From: Felis catus
Taxonomy: Eukaryota
Assembly: GCF_018350175.1 (NCBI RefSeq)
Contig: NC_058368.1
Location: forward strand, 154,444,001 to 154,508,000
Direction of reading: 5' to 3'
DNA: 64,000 nt
The notes under the pieces: generated by a model
Seen by the model: the letters and a program-made list of their open reading frames with translations, nothing else
The model's database searches: none
What the model was told of the DNA's origin: nothing
Made by a program: the position numbers and the translations under genes
In this document: piece by piece, positions 1-13,276 of the stretch
Position numbering within the stretch: position 1 is the first letter of the stretch
How the letters are laid out: each line of letters opens with the position of its first letter

Positions 1-529
1 ACAAATCAAGGTCTTCAAACTGACCTTGGCTCCACAATTCTCCACAATTACTTCTTGTATCCAATTTACTAGCTTTGATTCCACAATTAATTTCTACAAT
101 TACTGGGTCTATTGCAACTATTCGCTCTTTTTATACTATGCTCATCTCAGTGTTGCTTTATTCCCCAAATTACCTTGATTACTCCTGCAGCCACCGATCA
201 CAGCTGAAAGAAAACCACGTCAGGTTGACTGTTTATATTTATGACCTTAGGCTCAGATGGAAACTAAGACTCATCTAGATATTCTACTGTGTTTTCTTTA
301 AATATTTATTTTCCACTTTCCATTGTGAGTATTTCATATCTTCTATGTTTCATACCCATATTTCCATCTCACTCTCCCTCGCTCTGATGGCCTTGGCTCA
401 AACTTCATTGAAAACACCAAAAACCTATCTTGCTGTAAACAAGCATATTCCCTATGCTCTTTATTTCCATGACTTATTCTTCCCACAACTAGAAGCCTAT
501 ATCTCCCCCTTCCTGGAACCTATTTTGTC

Positions 530-778
530 CATTTCCTGCTCCCTTCCCACCTGGCAACCATCAGTTGGTTCTCTGTATTTATAGGACTGACTCTACTTTT
601 TTCTTTATTTGTTTTATTTTTTAGATTCCACATATGAATGAAATTGTATTGTATCTGTATTTCTCTCCATTTGATTTATCTCACCACTTAGAGGAATACC
701 CTCTAGGTACATCCATGTTGCAAATGGCAATATCTAATAATTTTATAGCTCCATAATATTCTATTGTGTATGTATGTG

Positions 779-827
<49 letters not shown>

Positions 828-950
828 TCAAATATTCAAGGATATTTGAGTTGTTTCCATTTTTGACTTTTATAAACCAACCTGCTATGAATAATCATGT
901 ATAGGATTTTCTATAAACATAGATTTGAATTTCATTGGGATAAATGCCAT
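530..950 (-). mobile_element. LINE-1 3'-end fragment(s), interrupted by a (TA)n tract at ~770-826
   Basis: Reverse-complement L1 3' text: ttagattccacatatgaatgaaat...ccctctaggtacatccatgttgcaaatggca...gttgtttccatttttgact. Confidence 0.75.
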
Positions 951-2775
951 AACACATTTAAAAGTTAAGGAATTAATCAATGATTAATGCTTTTGGAAAT
1001 AGAAGCTTTGGGGTTTCTAAAAACTTATTAGCCATGAGAAATAGGTACTGAATTATTTTTTTTTCTCAGATAAAATATGTTCTTTCAGGACAAGGATGTC
1101 CACTTTCACCACTTTTATTTAACACAGCACTGGAAGTTGTAGCCACAGGAATCAGACAAGAAAAAGAAGTAAATGTCATCCATACTGGTAAGGAAGAAGT
1201 TAAATTGTCACTATTTGCAGATGTTATAATACCATACATAGAAAACCCTGAAGACCCACCAAAAAGCAATAAATGAATTGTTAATTACAGGATGCAAAAA
1301 TAATACCCTCCAAATCACGTGTTTCTATATACTAAACAAAAAAAGCACAAGGAGACATTAAGAAAACAATTACATATTCAGTTGCAGCAAAAATAATAAA
1401 ATAGGCATAAACTTAACCAAGGAAGTGAAAGACCTGTACCATGAAAATCATAAAATGTAGACAAAAGAAATTGAATACAACAAAAATAAATAGAAAGATA
1501 TTCCATGCTCATGGATTGAAAGAATACTTTCAAATTATTTAGACTGTCCAAAGCAATTTACAGATTTAATGCTAGTCCTGTCAAAATACTGACCTCATTT
1601 TTCACAGAAGTAAAATAATATTAAAATTTGTATGGAACCACAAAAGACCCAAAACAACCAAAACTATCTTGAGAAAGAACAAAGCTAGACTTAACAATTC
1701 CAAATTTCAAGATATAATACAAAGCTATAATAATCAAAATAGTATGGTACTGGCACAAAAATAGGCAAATAGAACAATGGAAAAGAATGGATAGTCCACC
1801 ACGCTTACACGGTCAATTAGTTTATGACAAAGGATGCAAGAATTTAAAACGAAGAAGAGACAGTGTCTTCAATAAATGGTGCTGGGAAACCTGGATAGCT
1901 ACATGCAAAAGAATGAAACTGGACCACTTTCTTACATACACAAAGTCTTTCATACACAAAAATAAGCTCAAAATGGATTAAAAATCTAAATGTGAGACCT
2001 GAAACTCTAAAACTCCTAGAAGCAACAGAGGCAGTACTTTTTCTGACACTGGCCATAGAAATATTTTTTACACGTCTTCTAAGGCAAGGGAAACAATAGC
2101 AAAAATAAACTATTGAGATTACACCAAAATAAAAAGCTTTTGCACAGAAAAGGAAACCATCAACAAAATGGTTCCCACTCAGTAAGTGGGAAAGGATATT
2201 TGTAAATGATATATCCAACAAGGGGTATATATCAAATATATGTAAATAAGTTACATATCTCAACCTTAAAGTGAAGATGTCGATGATGATAATAATAATG
2301 ATAATGTTAATAATTCCATGAAAAATGAGGCAGAGATTCTGAACATTTTTTCAAAGAAGACATACATATGAGCAACTGTCACATGAAAAAATCCTCAACA
2401 TCACTCATCATCAGGTAAATGCAAGTCAAAACCAAAATGAGGTATTATCTCACACCTATTAGAATGGCTAGAATCAAAAAGACAAGAAATCAGTGTGGGT
2501 GAGGATGTCAAGAAAAAGGAACACTTGTGCACTGTTGGTGGGAATGCAAACTGTACAGCCACTCTGGAAAACAGTGTGGAGGTTCCTCAAAAAGTTAAAA
2601 ATAGAATTGTCATACGATCCAATAGTTTCACTACTGGGTATTTACCCAAAGAAAACAAACATTCTATTTCAAAAAGATATATGCTCCCCTATGTTTACTG
2701 CAGAAGTATTTACAAAGCCAAGATATCGAAACAACACAAATATCCATTGATAGATAAATGAATATAGAAGATGTG

Positions 2776-2778
2776 GTG

Positions 2779-2827
<49 letters not shown>
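2776..2827. repeat. (GC)n(CA)n microsatellite inside the L1
   Basis: gtgcgcgcgc followed by about 21 CA units. Confidence 0.95.
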
Positions 2828-2829
<2 letters not shown>

Positions 2830-2999
2830 ATATTACTCAGTCATAAAAAAGGACAAGAGTTTGCTATTTGCAACAACACGGATGGAATCAGAGTGTATCA
2901 TTCTAACCAAAGTAAGGCAGAGAAACACAAAATACCATACAATTTCACTTATATGGGGAATCAAAAAACTAAACAAACAATTAAACAAACAGCAGAATT

Positions 3000-3127
3000 G
3001 GGGTGCCTGGGAGGCTCAGTGAGTTAAGTGCCAGACTTCAGCTCAGGTCATGATCTCACGTGTTTGTGGGCTCGAGCCCTGCGTCGGGCTCTTGTGCTGA
3101 CAGCTCAGGGCCTGGATCCTGCTTTGG

Positions 3128-3158
<31 letters not shown>

Positions 3159-3230
3159 CTCTCTCTGCCCATTCCCCACTCATGCTCTGTCTCTCTCTCT
3201 CTCTCAAAAATAAACAAACATTAAAAAAGA
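3000..3230 (+). mobile_element. Can-SINE (SINEC_Fc2-like) nested in the L1 3'UTR
   Basis: ggggtgcctgggaggctcagt head, ctcaggtcatgatctc, (TG)n/(CT)n body, aataaa A-tail; degenerate TSD aaacaaacagcagaat / aaacaaaaacagaat. Confidence 0.95.
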
Positions 3231-3792
3231 TAAACAAAAACAGAATCAGACCTGTCTATACAGAGAACTAATGGATGGTTACCAGGTGGACAGTGGGGGA
3301 GGGTAATGGACAGAATGAGTGCAGAGCAGTAGAAGATACAGACTTCTAGTTATGGAGTGAATAAGTCATGGGAATAAAAGGTACAGCATAGGGAATACAG
3401 TCAATGGTACTATAATAGTGTTGTATAGTGACAGATGGTAACTTCACTTGTGGCAAGCAAAGCATAATGTACAGAGAGGCTGAATCACTATGTTGTATAC
3501 CTGAAACTAAAGTAACAGTGTGTCAACTATACTTAAAGAAACAGAATAAAAAAATGAAAAATACAAAAAGCTTGTTCCGTTATTATGAATTTGTTTTTAT
3601 TTTTTTCTAACTATGCAAATAATTTAAGCTTACGTTATCAAGGATTACTGAGGCAAGGTTAACTGCACCAATGATTATTAGTCCAGGTTTTGGTAGTAAA
3701 ATATGCTCAACATTTGAACATTTATGATGATACCTGACTAGGACACAAAAGTCCTACACAATTATTTCTCCCTTTCTCTCTCCCTCCTTCTT

Positions 3793-3797
3793 TGTGT

Positions 3798-3839
<42 letters not shown>
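3793..3839. repeat. (TG)n microsatellite
   Basis: Direct reading. Confidence 0.95.
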
Positions 3840-3841
<2 letters not shown>

Positions 3842-6800
3842 TCATATTCAGTCCTATGGTTGTTGCTGAAATTTGTTTTTTTTTGTATTCATCATTAAGT
3901 GAAAGTATTTCATGTAGCATAAAGTATAAAATTTGTTGTTCAGTAACTACTACACAATACACATTTGAGTTGATCATCTTTGTTTCCATTTGGAGAGACC
4001 ATGTTGTGACTGTGACTATTTGATGGACAAGCACACAATCAAAGACTGAGAAATAGAGTTAATCTACTAATTATTTGCTATGCATTATAAAGAACATATT
4101 TTCTTTGATGTCTTATTGAACAACTGAATTATCTTTTAGTTGTAAACAGCAAGGGAGTTATTAATTGATCTTGATTTTTTTTTTGAGCTTGACGTTTTTT
4201 AAGATGCTTGTCAGTCAAGTGAGATCCTTTATGCAACGTTTTTCGTTTTTTTCCCCCTCAGAGGAATGTCTGTGGCAGTTTTATAAATGAGACAGAATCT
4301 TTGCCTTATAATTCACTGAAAAAAAATAAGACCACTCAATGTATGTCCCTTTACCTCAATACACTTCCATTTTAATTTTTATTTTCTATTACTTTTTAAC
4401 AAACATGAAAATTTTAAATGCTTTTCTTCCAATTTTGGAAGATAACCTCCTAATTTTTTGCTCTCCTTTATTCAGTTTCTCCTTTCCTGCCTTCAACTAT
4501 ATAAAACCTTCCTTCTACAGAATTCAGGCTTATTAGCCCTTCTCTCCCTTTCAATCACCAAATTTCTCACATGTGTGGTCCACAACCTCATGTTCCACTT
4601 TCTTTCCATCTAATCTTTGTTAAAACTCAATGAAATTCATTTTCCATTCCCACCACCAAAGCTAAGATAATTATGCCAAATTTGTCAACTCTAGTCTCCT
4701 AATTCCAAAATCATCATCCTCATCATCATCTCTCTATCCTCACACTCCCTAACAACAGTTGCCAATTCCATCTGAAAATTGTTCCCTTTCAATGGTGTCT
4801 ATAAAAGTTTATTGTTTTACTTCTAAAACATACTGAAGTGGCATTATTTTTTCTCCATCTACAGATTTCTAATTTTCTCTTCTCTAAAACATAAGTGAGC
4901 TAGTCTAATTAAGCGTCCATTCAAGGGAAAGGTTTAGGTGGTGTCCTATGACCATGGAGGAGGGGTCTTATGAAGAACCAAGCACCAAAAGGGACAGTAA
5001 GGACACATTCATTAGAATGCATTATACTTAGTCTTAAAATATACCCTGTAAGAAAGTATCCATTTATAGTACCAAGTGAGACTTTATAGACTTTAAGAAT
5101 AAAATTTCATTAGAAAAAGAATTTGGGGACAGATAAGCTAGATGAATCTGTTATGTCTTATCCCTCCCAGAAAGAGAAGAGTTAACTGCATATCTAGCAG
5201 TCTTAAAAGCTTTTAAAATGCTTTATTCTGCATATTTGATACACATTTATCTTGACCTAAACTCTCCTATTTAAATACAAATTGGAAGGCAATGTTTTGT
5301 TACTTTTCTGGGTCACAGTAACTTCCTTTGCAATGACATCATCCAACCATTCCAGTTTAAGAAACTAAATTCAGATGTCAGGAATGTACTCCCCCAACCC
5401 TTGCCCTTATCAAAAATAATAGTAATAAAGCATTTTTACTAGGAAGCCAAAAAATAAATAACCCTTTTTTTCCCCATAGAATGATCCAGAGCCATTTCCA
5501 CTATTTTGAAAACTAAAGCCATCAAAATGAGATACTATCCTATGCAAAAGAGGAAAATGCAACCTTGGGTATATATGATGTTCACTTTTATCTAATAGAG
5601 TTAATATAAATCTTTGCAGCTGTAATCCTCAAGAAATGAAATTAAAACAATGAATATAAACTATTGAAGCCCCTCAAATAACAATGACCCCATTTGGCCT
5701 TGCATTTTTCTCCCTACCCCCCTCAACTTACTTTTACATATCCCCAAACATAATAAGCCTGCCACCACTAATGTTATAAAGTAGTAATTGTTCCTAATTG
5801 GTAGGGAGGCGACAGACCATTCTGGTAATGTTGTGAAACTGTAAGAAAGGAGGAGTGAGAACATTCACAGGCCCAGCAGTAATTATCCACTAATTTGGCC
5901 TGTTTGTGTGGGGACAGCTCATTATAGCCCTTAAGAAACCTCAGAATAAAGAGGAAAGTAGGTAGGAGGCAAGGTTAAATAATTAGTGTTGAGCAGATTT
6001 TTTTTAAAGATTCAAAGAATGGGATTAAAGGCGGGAAATGTGACCAGGGTAACAATTAAGAAATAGTAGAACATTCTGAACTAGGCGAGTTTTATGTTTT
6101 TGTAGGAGTAGGGGTATATAAGAATCCTATATTATGGCATAAAAAATGACATGTCACTTTTATTACACTCTTTCAATTATGACCCTGATCATCTCCTTAC
6201 ATTTTATGGTGCCAATGTCATGCTTTATAAGAGATTTATTCTCATGAGTCCTTAAAAGATTTTCACAGTTTTCATAAAATAATGTGTAACAAAGTTTTCA
6301 TATCATTTTATCTTTTACATTTATAGACATATTTTGGGGGTGGAAAACATATTTGCGTGTGCACATATGTGCAGGTAGCATAGTACAGACTGCAAAGAAA
6401 AACAATGTCTTTATAGTTGAATCATAATTCAACTATAAGCTTCTTAGTAAACCAGAGTCTCCAGATTTTTCACCTACATGCAGCTAATATCTCTAAGTCA
6501 AGAGTAAGCATGGTTACTTTTGGATATATGTGAAAATACACACACATACACACACACATTTGGTAAATAATTGATTGGTGCATAAGTATTTTAGAGATTT
6601 TGTAAGGAAATAATTTTTAACTCTCCTAGAAAATATTTTTTCTGGTAATTTATGTAATTTCAGCCAAACTTTTTTTTCCCCACTTAATAAAAAGTGAAAG
6701 CAGTTGATCAAAGATTTTAAGTTAAACTCTATAATTTGAAACTTAGAAAAAATGTGTGTATGTCTTAAATGTATACTCACTGAACATACTATGTATATAT

Positions 6801-7799
6801 ACTCATTGAAGCGTTTTGAGAAAAAAAATTCAGGGTACTATACATCCCATACCTTTGCAAAGAGATGAGAATACAACTAACAGCAATATAAAAACAAAAA
6901 CATGTGACTGATCCAACAGGTTTAAGCTGTCATATGGTATTTATATAGTAAAAGTCATATATCTTATCCATATATACATCAGATAATTTTGTCCTATTGT
7001 AATTCAGAATAAACTTCCCTAAAAACCTAGAGTTGGGTTGGAAAAATATTTTGCTATTCATAAGAATGGTGGGTGTCAATATAAAAATATGAGTAAATTA
7101 CTAAAAATTATCACTAATGCTTGGAAAACAATTTAGAACATAAGCTACCAGCCCTATCTATTAAAGATTAGCACTGTCTTCATTTATGAATAAAGTAACT
7201 GAAGTGTATGAATAACTACATTCATAAATGAATCTCATAAGAAACTGAAAAAAAAATTCACTTCCATTACTGCCTTTTCAAACAATTTTTGTATTTCATT
7301 AGACTAGTAGTTTTCCAAATTATTCTTCTCGGGATCACACTGAAGTCTCAGTAACTCAATGATATTTTTTTCAGTCTGTACTTCTTCTTCAATATTCTCC
7401 CTACAAAAAACATCAAAAACGCCAGACTGTTTTTCTCTCTAGCTTATTAAAACACAGGATTAAAGTAGAAGAGCCAGAGGTATTCCATTTTCCACTGCAT
7501 AAGAACTACTGCTGCTATTGAACTCCAATTTCTATAGACACCACAGATTGCAAATACTCTGTGTGAAGTCTGAGCAACAATATAGGGAATGAAGATTTGA
7601 ATGTCTTCTTAGGTTCTTAGGTTTGATAATAATATTTCCTTTGAAATTAAATGAGCACACAGATTATGTTTTATCTGATTCATTGGAATTATCACCGACT
7701 TTTTATTCCTCATATAGTAAGTTCCTATCCTTATTTTAATATCTTCTGAATATGACCAAAGTAGCTAATGTACTTTGCAATTCTAACTTAGTATATTAT

Positions 7800-8211
7800 A
7801 GATGATTACCACAGAACAGACACTAATGTTTACAAAGTATTTTGTGCAGTTCCCTTGTGTTTTCCAGCCTCTTACACAGTTAGCATGAGATCATGTGACT
7901 AGTTGTGGCTAGTTGGGATTAAAGTGAGTTTTAAGTGGACCTTCTAAAGCAGTTAGTAAACTATGTGTGTGATCTATCCTCCAATATCGCCTACATTGAG
8001 GATTTGGACAATGGATGGAGATCTTGTAGCATCAAAATATAGAGCAACCCAAATTCCACAGTTGCCACTTAAAGAACAGTTATCCTGGAGGTCTCCTAGT
8101 ATCAAATGGACTTTACATAGTGAAAAATAAACTTTTCTTAGGTCACCGAAATTTGATGATATATATGCATTTGTTACCACTGCAAAAATCTTGCCTAACA
8201 TGACGATTACA
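7800..8211 (+). mobile_element. Ancient MaLR LTR (MLT1J-like)
   Basis: catgtgactagttgtggc...ggactttacatagtgaaaaataaactt...ttgttaccactgcaaaa...ttaca resembles the MLT1 LTR 3' part. Confidence 0.55.
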
Positions 8212-8360
8212 TATTCTAAAGTTTATAGATATAGCAAGAAACGATTGTAATTCACAACTGATTTCAAAGCATCTCACACTGATATATTAAGTTCTTAAAC
8301 CTGGACATGTTATCAGGGATATTATTAAGAAAAAATTCTATTTTTCCAATCTAACATACT

Positions 8361-8622
8361 TCTTTAAAGTTTATTTATTTAATTTAAGAGAGAGAGACAG
8401 CACGTGCAAGTAAGTACAGGGGAGGGGCAGAGATATAGGAAGAGAGACAATCCCAAGCAGGTTCTGTGTGTTGTCAGGACAGAACCGGATGCAGGGCTTG
8501 AACCCACCAACCAACCGGAAGATCATGACCTGTGCCAAAATCAACAATCATCTGATTGTTCAATTGTTCAATTAATTCAATTGTTCATCAATTATTCAAT
8601 TGACTGAGCCACCCAAGCACCC
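8361..8622 (-). mobile_element. Can-SINE with internal micro-repeat insertion
   Basis: tttatttattt tail, gagagagacag, gatcatgacctg, gactgagccacccaagcaccc head on the reverse strand. Confidence 0.92.
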
Positions 8623-8639
8623 TATCTAGTATATATGTA

Positions 8640-11170
8640 TATATTTTTTAATTAAAGCTTCAGGTATTTGGAATGTTGAAGAAAATAAATACTCCTACCA
8701 GTATAACCAAAAATTCAGATAAAATAAAAGTAAAAAGATATCTAAAAAGCACTGAATCAACAGTGCCTCAGGCCCATTAATCCAGAGAAAAAGAATTATA
8801 AAATGTTGAGCTCACCTTTAAGAATAGCTTTCCTCCTTGAGTATTTTTTTGTTGTTGTTGTTTTGTTCTGTTATTTTGGTGATAGGCAAAAGATAGAGAA
8901 TCTATCCAGATGACTAAAACATGCACAAAAACCGGCACATCTTTTTTGCAATCTCAAGGGGCTAGAAAGATACAATTGTAGTTCACAGCTGTTTATGCCA
9001 TCAGATTTGAAGAGCCAAGATCGTGGGGAGAAAATAACATTTTTAAAGGGGCATCAGTCATATTAACAGCTAGCTGACTTCTCAATAGAAATGACGGAGG
9101 CCCCAAGTCAAAGGAATGCCATTTTTAAATAACTAAGAGAAAATAACTGCCAACCTGGAATTCTATACCTAATGAAACTATCCTTTACACATGTTAGCCA
9201 AGACATTTACAGACAAACAAAATTGGAAACAATTTGTCACCAGAAAACCCACCCTAGAAGAAATACTAAGTGGAGATCTCTAAGCAGAAGAATACCAATT
9301 CTATAAAACATGGAAATGCAGGACAGAATAAAAAGCAAAGTAGAAAGTAAATATATATGGGTAAATATATAGGATATTGAATGTACAAAATAATTATTTT
9401 AATATTATATTGTATCCAAGCTATATGCAGAATTAAAATTCATGACAATAACACAAATATTACAATGGCAATACATAGAGTTAATGTGCCTAATTTTATT
9501 ATATTTTCTGATATATAGTTGGGCAAATGAAAAATACTAATATTTATATGTGTAAAATCTAATTTATAAGTAATTACATTAAATGTAAATAGGCTAAATA
9601 TTCCAATTAAAAGACAAAAATTTTCAGACTGAATTAAGATAGCAATTTTTATTACATGCTGTTCAAGGCATCTATTCTAAATATAAGGGCAAAGAAGAAA
9701 TAAAATAAAAGTATAGGTGGGAAAAGCACAAAATAAGAACTGTTCCTGATATAATAATGTCACAAAAACTAGATTGAAGACAGGACTGTTGCCAGATTTA
9801 AAGAAGGTAATTTCATAATGATTACAAGATCAGCTCACTAGGCAGATATAATCATGTTAAATGTACATGTACTTAATAACATAACTAAAAATTATATAAA
9901 GCAAAAAATATCAGAACTAAAAAGAGTATTAGATTAATGCATAATCAAAGTAGAAGATTTTATACTTCTCTCAATGTCTGCTAAAAGAAAATACCAATAA
10001 ACATAAAAACTTGAAAAACAATTAATCTGAAATGACATTGGCAGAACAGTGCACTCAGCAACATATATTTGCACAGCTGTCCCTCACATTTTTCCAAAGG
10101 TCACCATAAGCAAGACTCTAAAGCAAATTTCATCAAAATTCAAAAGAAATTAGTTAGATGTGCTCTTTTCTGTTGGGGAAATTAAGGTAAAAATAAATGG
10201 TGAAAGATTTGAAAACTCCCAACATTTGGAAATACCCTTGATGTCTATGCACTTAGAAAAATATATGTAATTAAAAATAATCTGGTCCAAATTATAATAA
10301 AATTAGAGATAATATATTTGTAGGATACAGCTAAATCTGGGCCTAAATGGAAATCTATAATCCTTAAAAGCATATAATAGAAAACCTTTTAAAAAATGTT
10401 GAAAGGCATGTGTGATACATGTCATTGAATTAGGAAAATAACAGAAAAATTAAAAAAGTTAATAAGAGAAAAAAATGAATAATACAGACAGCAAATACCT
10501 ATGAGAAGGAATCAATATAGCCAAAAGTTGATTTCTGAAAAGACTAATAAAATGACAAACCTGGGCACAAATATCAAAGGGGAGGCAAAAACCACAATTT
10601 ACCATATCAGGAATGAAAAGGGGGAAAAACTGTAGATTCTACAGTAACTGAAAAACGAACAAGATAATATTGTGAATTTTTTATGCCACTATACTTGAAA
10701 AATAACAAAAAATGGACAAATTCCTTACAAAACAATCTTTTAAAAAGTGACACAAGAAGTGGAATCTGAATAGAAGAAAATCTATTGAATTAGAACATTT
10801 CCACAAATAAAGCTGTGAAAGACCAAGTGTGCCTTGACAATAGAATGCATAAATTATGGCATATGGCAATAATGGAACAACTATTGCCATGCATAATATA
10901 AATGAATCTCATAAGAGTAATGTTTACTGAAAGCAACCAATCTACATTCTTTCTAACTCAATCTATATATTTCAAAAGTAGAAAGCTCACCAATGGCATT
11001 AAAAGTCAGAAAGATATTCTTTCTGGAAAGGTAGTGAAAGGGAAAGGGCAACAAGGGCCTTTGTGGGATACGGATCATATTTTATTTCTTGAACTTTGTG
11101 TTCATTATACTGTTGTATTCATGTTCTGAAAACTTATCAGTGTGTTAATTCATGATTTGTACATTTTTAT
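8640..11170 (+). mobile_element. Old LINE-1 (L1M-type) remnant: ORF1, ORF2 endonuclease start and 3' end, with internal deletions
   Basis: gctgacttctcaatagaaatg...aactgccaacctggaattctatac (ORF1); gtaattacattaaatgtaaataggctaaatattccaattaaaaga encodes VITLNVNRLNIPIKR (ORF2 EN start); L1ME-like 3' end at 10850-11170. Confidence 0.8.
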
Positions 11171-11178
11171 GACAAAGT

Positions 11179-11384
11179 TAGTGGTTCTCAACTAGTAATT
11201 CTCCACCCTTAGGGGACCTTCTACAATGTCTGGAGACATTTTAGTTGTCACAATTTGTCAGGAGTGCTACTGGCATCTAGTGGGCAGAGGCCAGAGATGC
11301 TGCTAAGTACTCTACAAGGCAGAAGCCTCCCTAAACAAACATTTCTGGTTCAAATGTCAATGGAGGTAAGGTTGAGAAATCCTG
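11179..11384 (+). mobile_element. MER20 (hAT-Charlie MITE)
   Basis: agtggttctcaac...caatgtctggagacattttagttgtcacaa...tgctactggcatctagtgggcagaggccagagatgctgctaa...ggttgagaaatcctg. Confidence 0.9.
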
Positions 11385-12125
11385 ATAAATATAGTTCAAT
11401 ATAAATTCTATTGAAATAAAAATCAGAAAAGAGATAACTACACAGATGTAGCCCTTACTCGGTGTTAAAGTTTAAATACAATTTAAAAGCTACCATCAAA
11501 GACACGATGTATATAGGACATGTAGAAAATTAATTATTTGAAATTTATAAAATGTGAGCACATATATTTAAATGTGAGGGAGACTAATCATAAATCAGAA
11601 CTTAATTCCAAGTTTACCATTATGTATTCATTTGTAAGAATTATTCTATAAGACCAAAATTTACAGAACGTAAAAGGAAACAAATGTGTCCCAAAGCCTA
11701 CACATGTAACATAGCAGTGAGCATTCATTCTAGGTCTAGATTACCTGTAAACCAAGTCAAAAGGGGAAAATATGAAATATGTAATTTTAATTGTCTAAGA
11801 AAATGGAAACACTAACTCGTCATGAGGGAAAACAACAAATACCACATTACTGACACTGAATTTGGAAGGGAATTTGGAAGGTAGAGAATTTATAGACAAC
11901 ACTAAGCAACAAAATACTAATTCCATCAAGAGTGTTGAATAAACTGCAGCAATTTTTTAAAAAAATATGACCATATGTATTTGTAATCAAATCTCAATTT
12001 AATGTCAAGGCCATAGCATAAAAGAGACATGAGTGAAGCCCTTTCTTGCATGGCAGTTGAGAAATGATGTAGCTGGGGTGGCTATGGGAATTTAGTACAG
12101 AGATACAGGATCCAAATCTCCACAC

Positions 12126-12356
12126 CAGGAAATGGCAAACCAAGTAGTCCCCCGCATCCCCAATGGGACAAATCTGGTTCACCACCTATTTTTGCAGATA
12201 AAGTTTTATTGGAACACACTTATATCCATTCATTTACATATGATCTCGCTCTTCACGCTGCAGTGGCATGAATGAATAGGTGCAAACGACTACATATGTC
12301 CAAACATCTAAACCATTTACTATGAGGCACTTTCAGAAAAAAATTGCTGACCCCTA
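12126..12356 (+). mobile_element. MER58A-like hAT MITE
   Basis: caggaaatggcaaac...aaagttttattggaacacac...catttactatg...aaaattgctgacccct. Confidence 0.75.
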
Positions 12357-12616
12357 CAGAGTAAAGGGCTCAATACTTTGTCCATTCTGCAAGTACCAGT
12401 GATGTTGAATAACATTTTTGGCAAAAGCAGTACAGCTCGTAAAGTCAGTATAGCTAGTCCGGTATAGTAAATTCTCTACTAAGCCTTGGAGTAGAAATAT
12501 TTTGTGTGATTAGAAGCAAGCATGGTAACAACTTATTGTGGAAATTGGATAGGCTTCCATGTATTTTTTCTAAGCAGATGTTCCAACAACTTTAACATAG
12601 AAAATAATAGAGTCCT

Positions 12617-12829
12617 GGGATACCTGGGTGGCTCAGTTGGTTAAGTGTTGGACTTCAGCTCAGGTCATGATCTCATGGTTCATGAGTTTGAGCCCCGCAT
12701 CGGGCTCTGTGCTGACAACTTAGAGCCTGGAGACTGCTTCAGATTCTGTGTGTGTATGTCTCTCTCTACCCCTCCCACATTCATGCTCTGTCTCTCTCTC
12801 AAAAATAAATAAACATTAAAAAAGTTTTT
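12617..12829 (+). mobile_element. Can-SINE (SINEC_Fc2-like)
   Basis: cctgggtggctcagttggttaag head; TSD aaataatagagtcc / aaataatatagtcc. Confidence 0.95.
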
Positions 12830-12948
12830 AAATAATATAGTCCCACCTATCTTTTAATATAGCAATAAAACTGGGTAGGTCCCTGGATAAACCACTTTGC
12901 CCTATATTTTTTAATTAAAAAAAAAGGAAGATTGAACTAAATCAGTAC

Positions 12949-13276
12949 TATGATAGGCAAAATTCCAAAGATGCTTCCCCCTAGGCTTTTATCTATTGGT
13001 TATTCAAACATTAATCTAGGTACTGCTTGTGAAGGGACTTTTCAGATGGAGTTAAGGTTATTAATCATCTGAAAATAGAGGTGTCCTGGATTCATGTGAA
13101 CCCAGTATAATCACATGAGCGCCTGAACATAGAAAAGAAAGGCAGAAAAAGTCCCCCAGTGAGCTTTGGTAGAAGAGGAAAGCAGACAGATGAGACAGGA
13201 AAGGTGGTCAGAGAGATTTGAGATGTGAGGTTTCCATCCACCATTCCTGGCTTTGAAGATGGAGGAAGATAGCCAG
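12949..13276 (+). mobile_element. MaLR LTR (MLT1D/E-like), 3' part missing
   Basis: ataggcaaaattccaaagatg...gggacttttcagatggagttaagg...aatcacatgag...ggctttgaagatggagga. Confidence 0.7.

Larger units (their letters stand above)
1085..3565 (+). mobile_element. 5'-truncated carnivore LINE-1 (ORF2 RT and C-terminus, 3'UTR, A-tail), degenerate; SINE nested at 3000-3230
   Basis: caaggatgtccactttcaccacttttatttaac encodes [11 protein letters not shown] (L1 RT); ORF 2493-2750 [36 protein letters not shown] 1787-1981 [19 protein letters not shown]; carnivore-type 3' end gaatcactatgttgtatacctgaaact; many stops and frameshifts. Confidence 0.95.

Noticed and set aside
2493..3237. ORFs overlapping L1, SINEs and microsatellites (HTHT, YIYI, CVCV, poly-K peptides here and elsewhere)
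   Set aside because: Translations of repeats, not genes
530..3565. Twin-priming inversion linking the minus and plus L1 pieces
   Set aside because: Both pieces contain 3'-terminal L1 sequence and no shared TSD is visible; independent insertions
4262..4340. Strong-looking acceptor (ttttcgtttttttccccctcag) with a short open frame
   Set aside because: Only a weak donor (aat|gtatgt) and no recognisable peptide; such sites are common by chance
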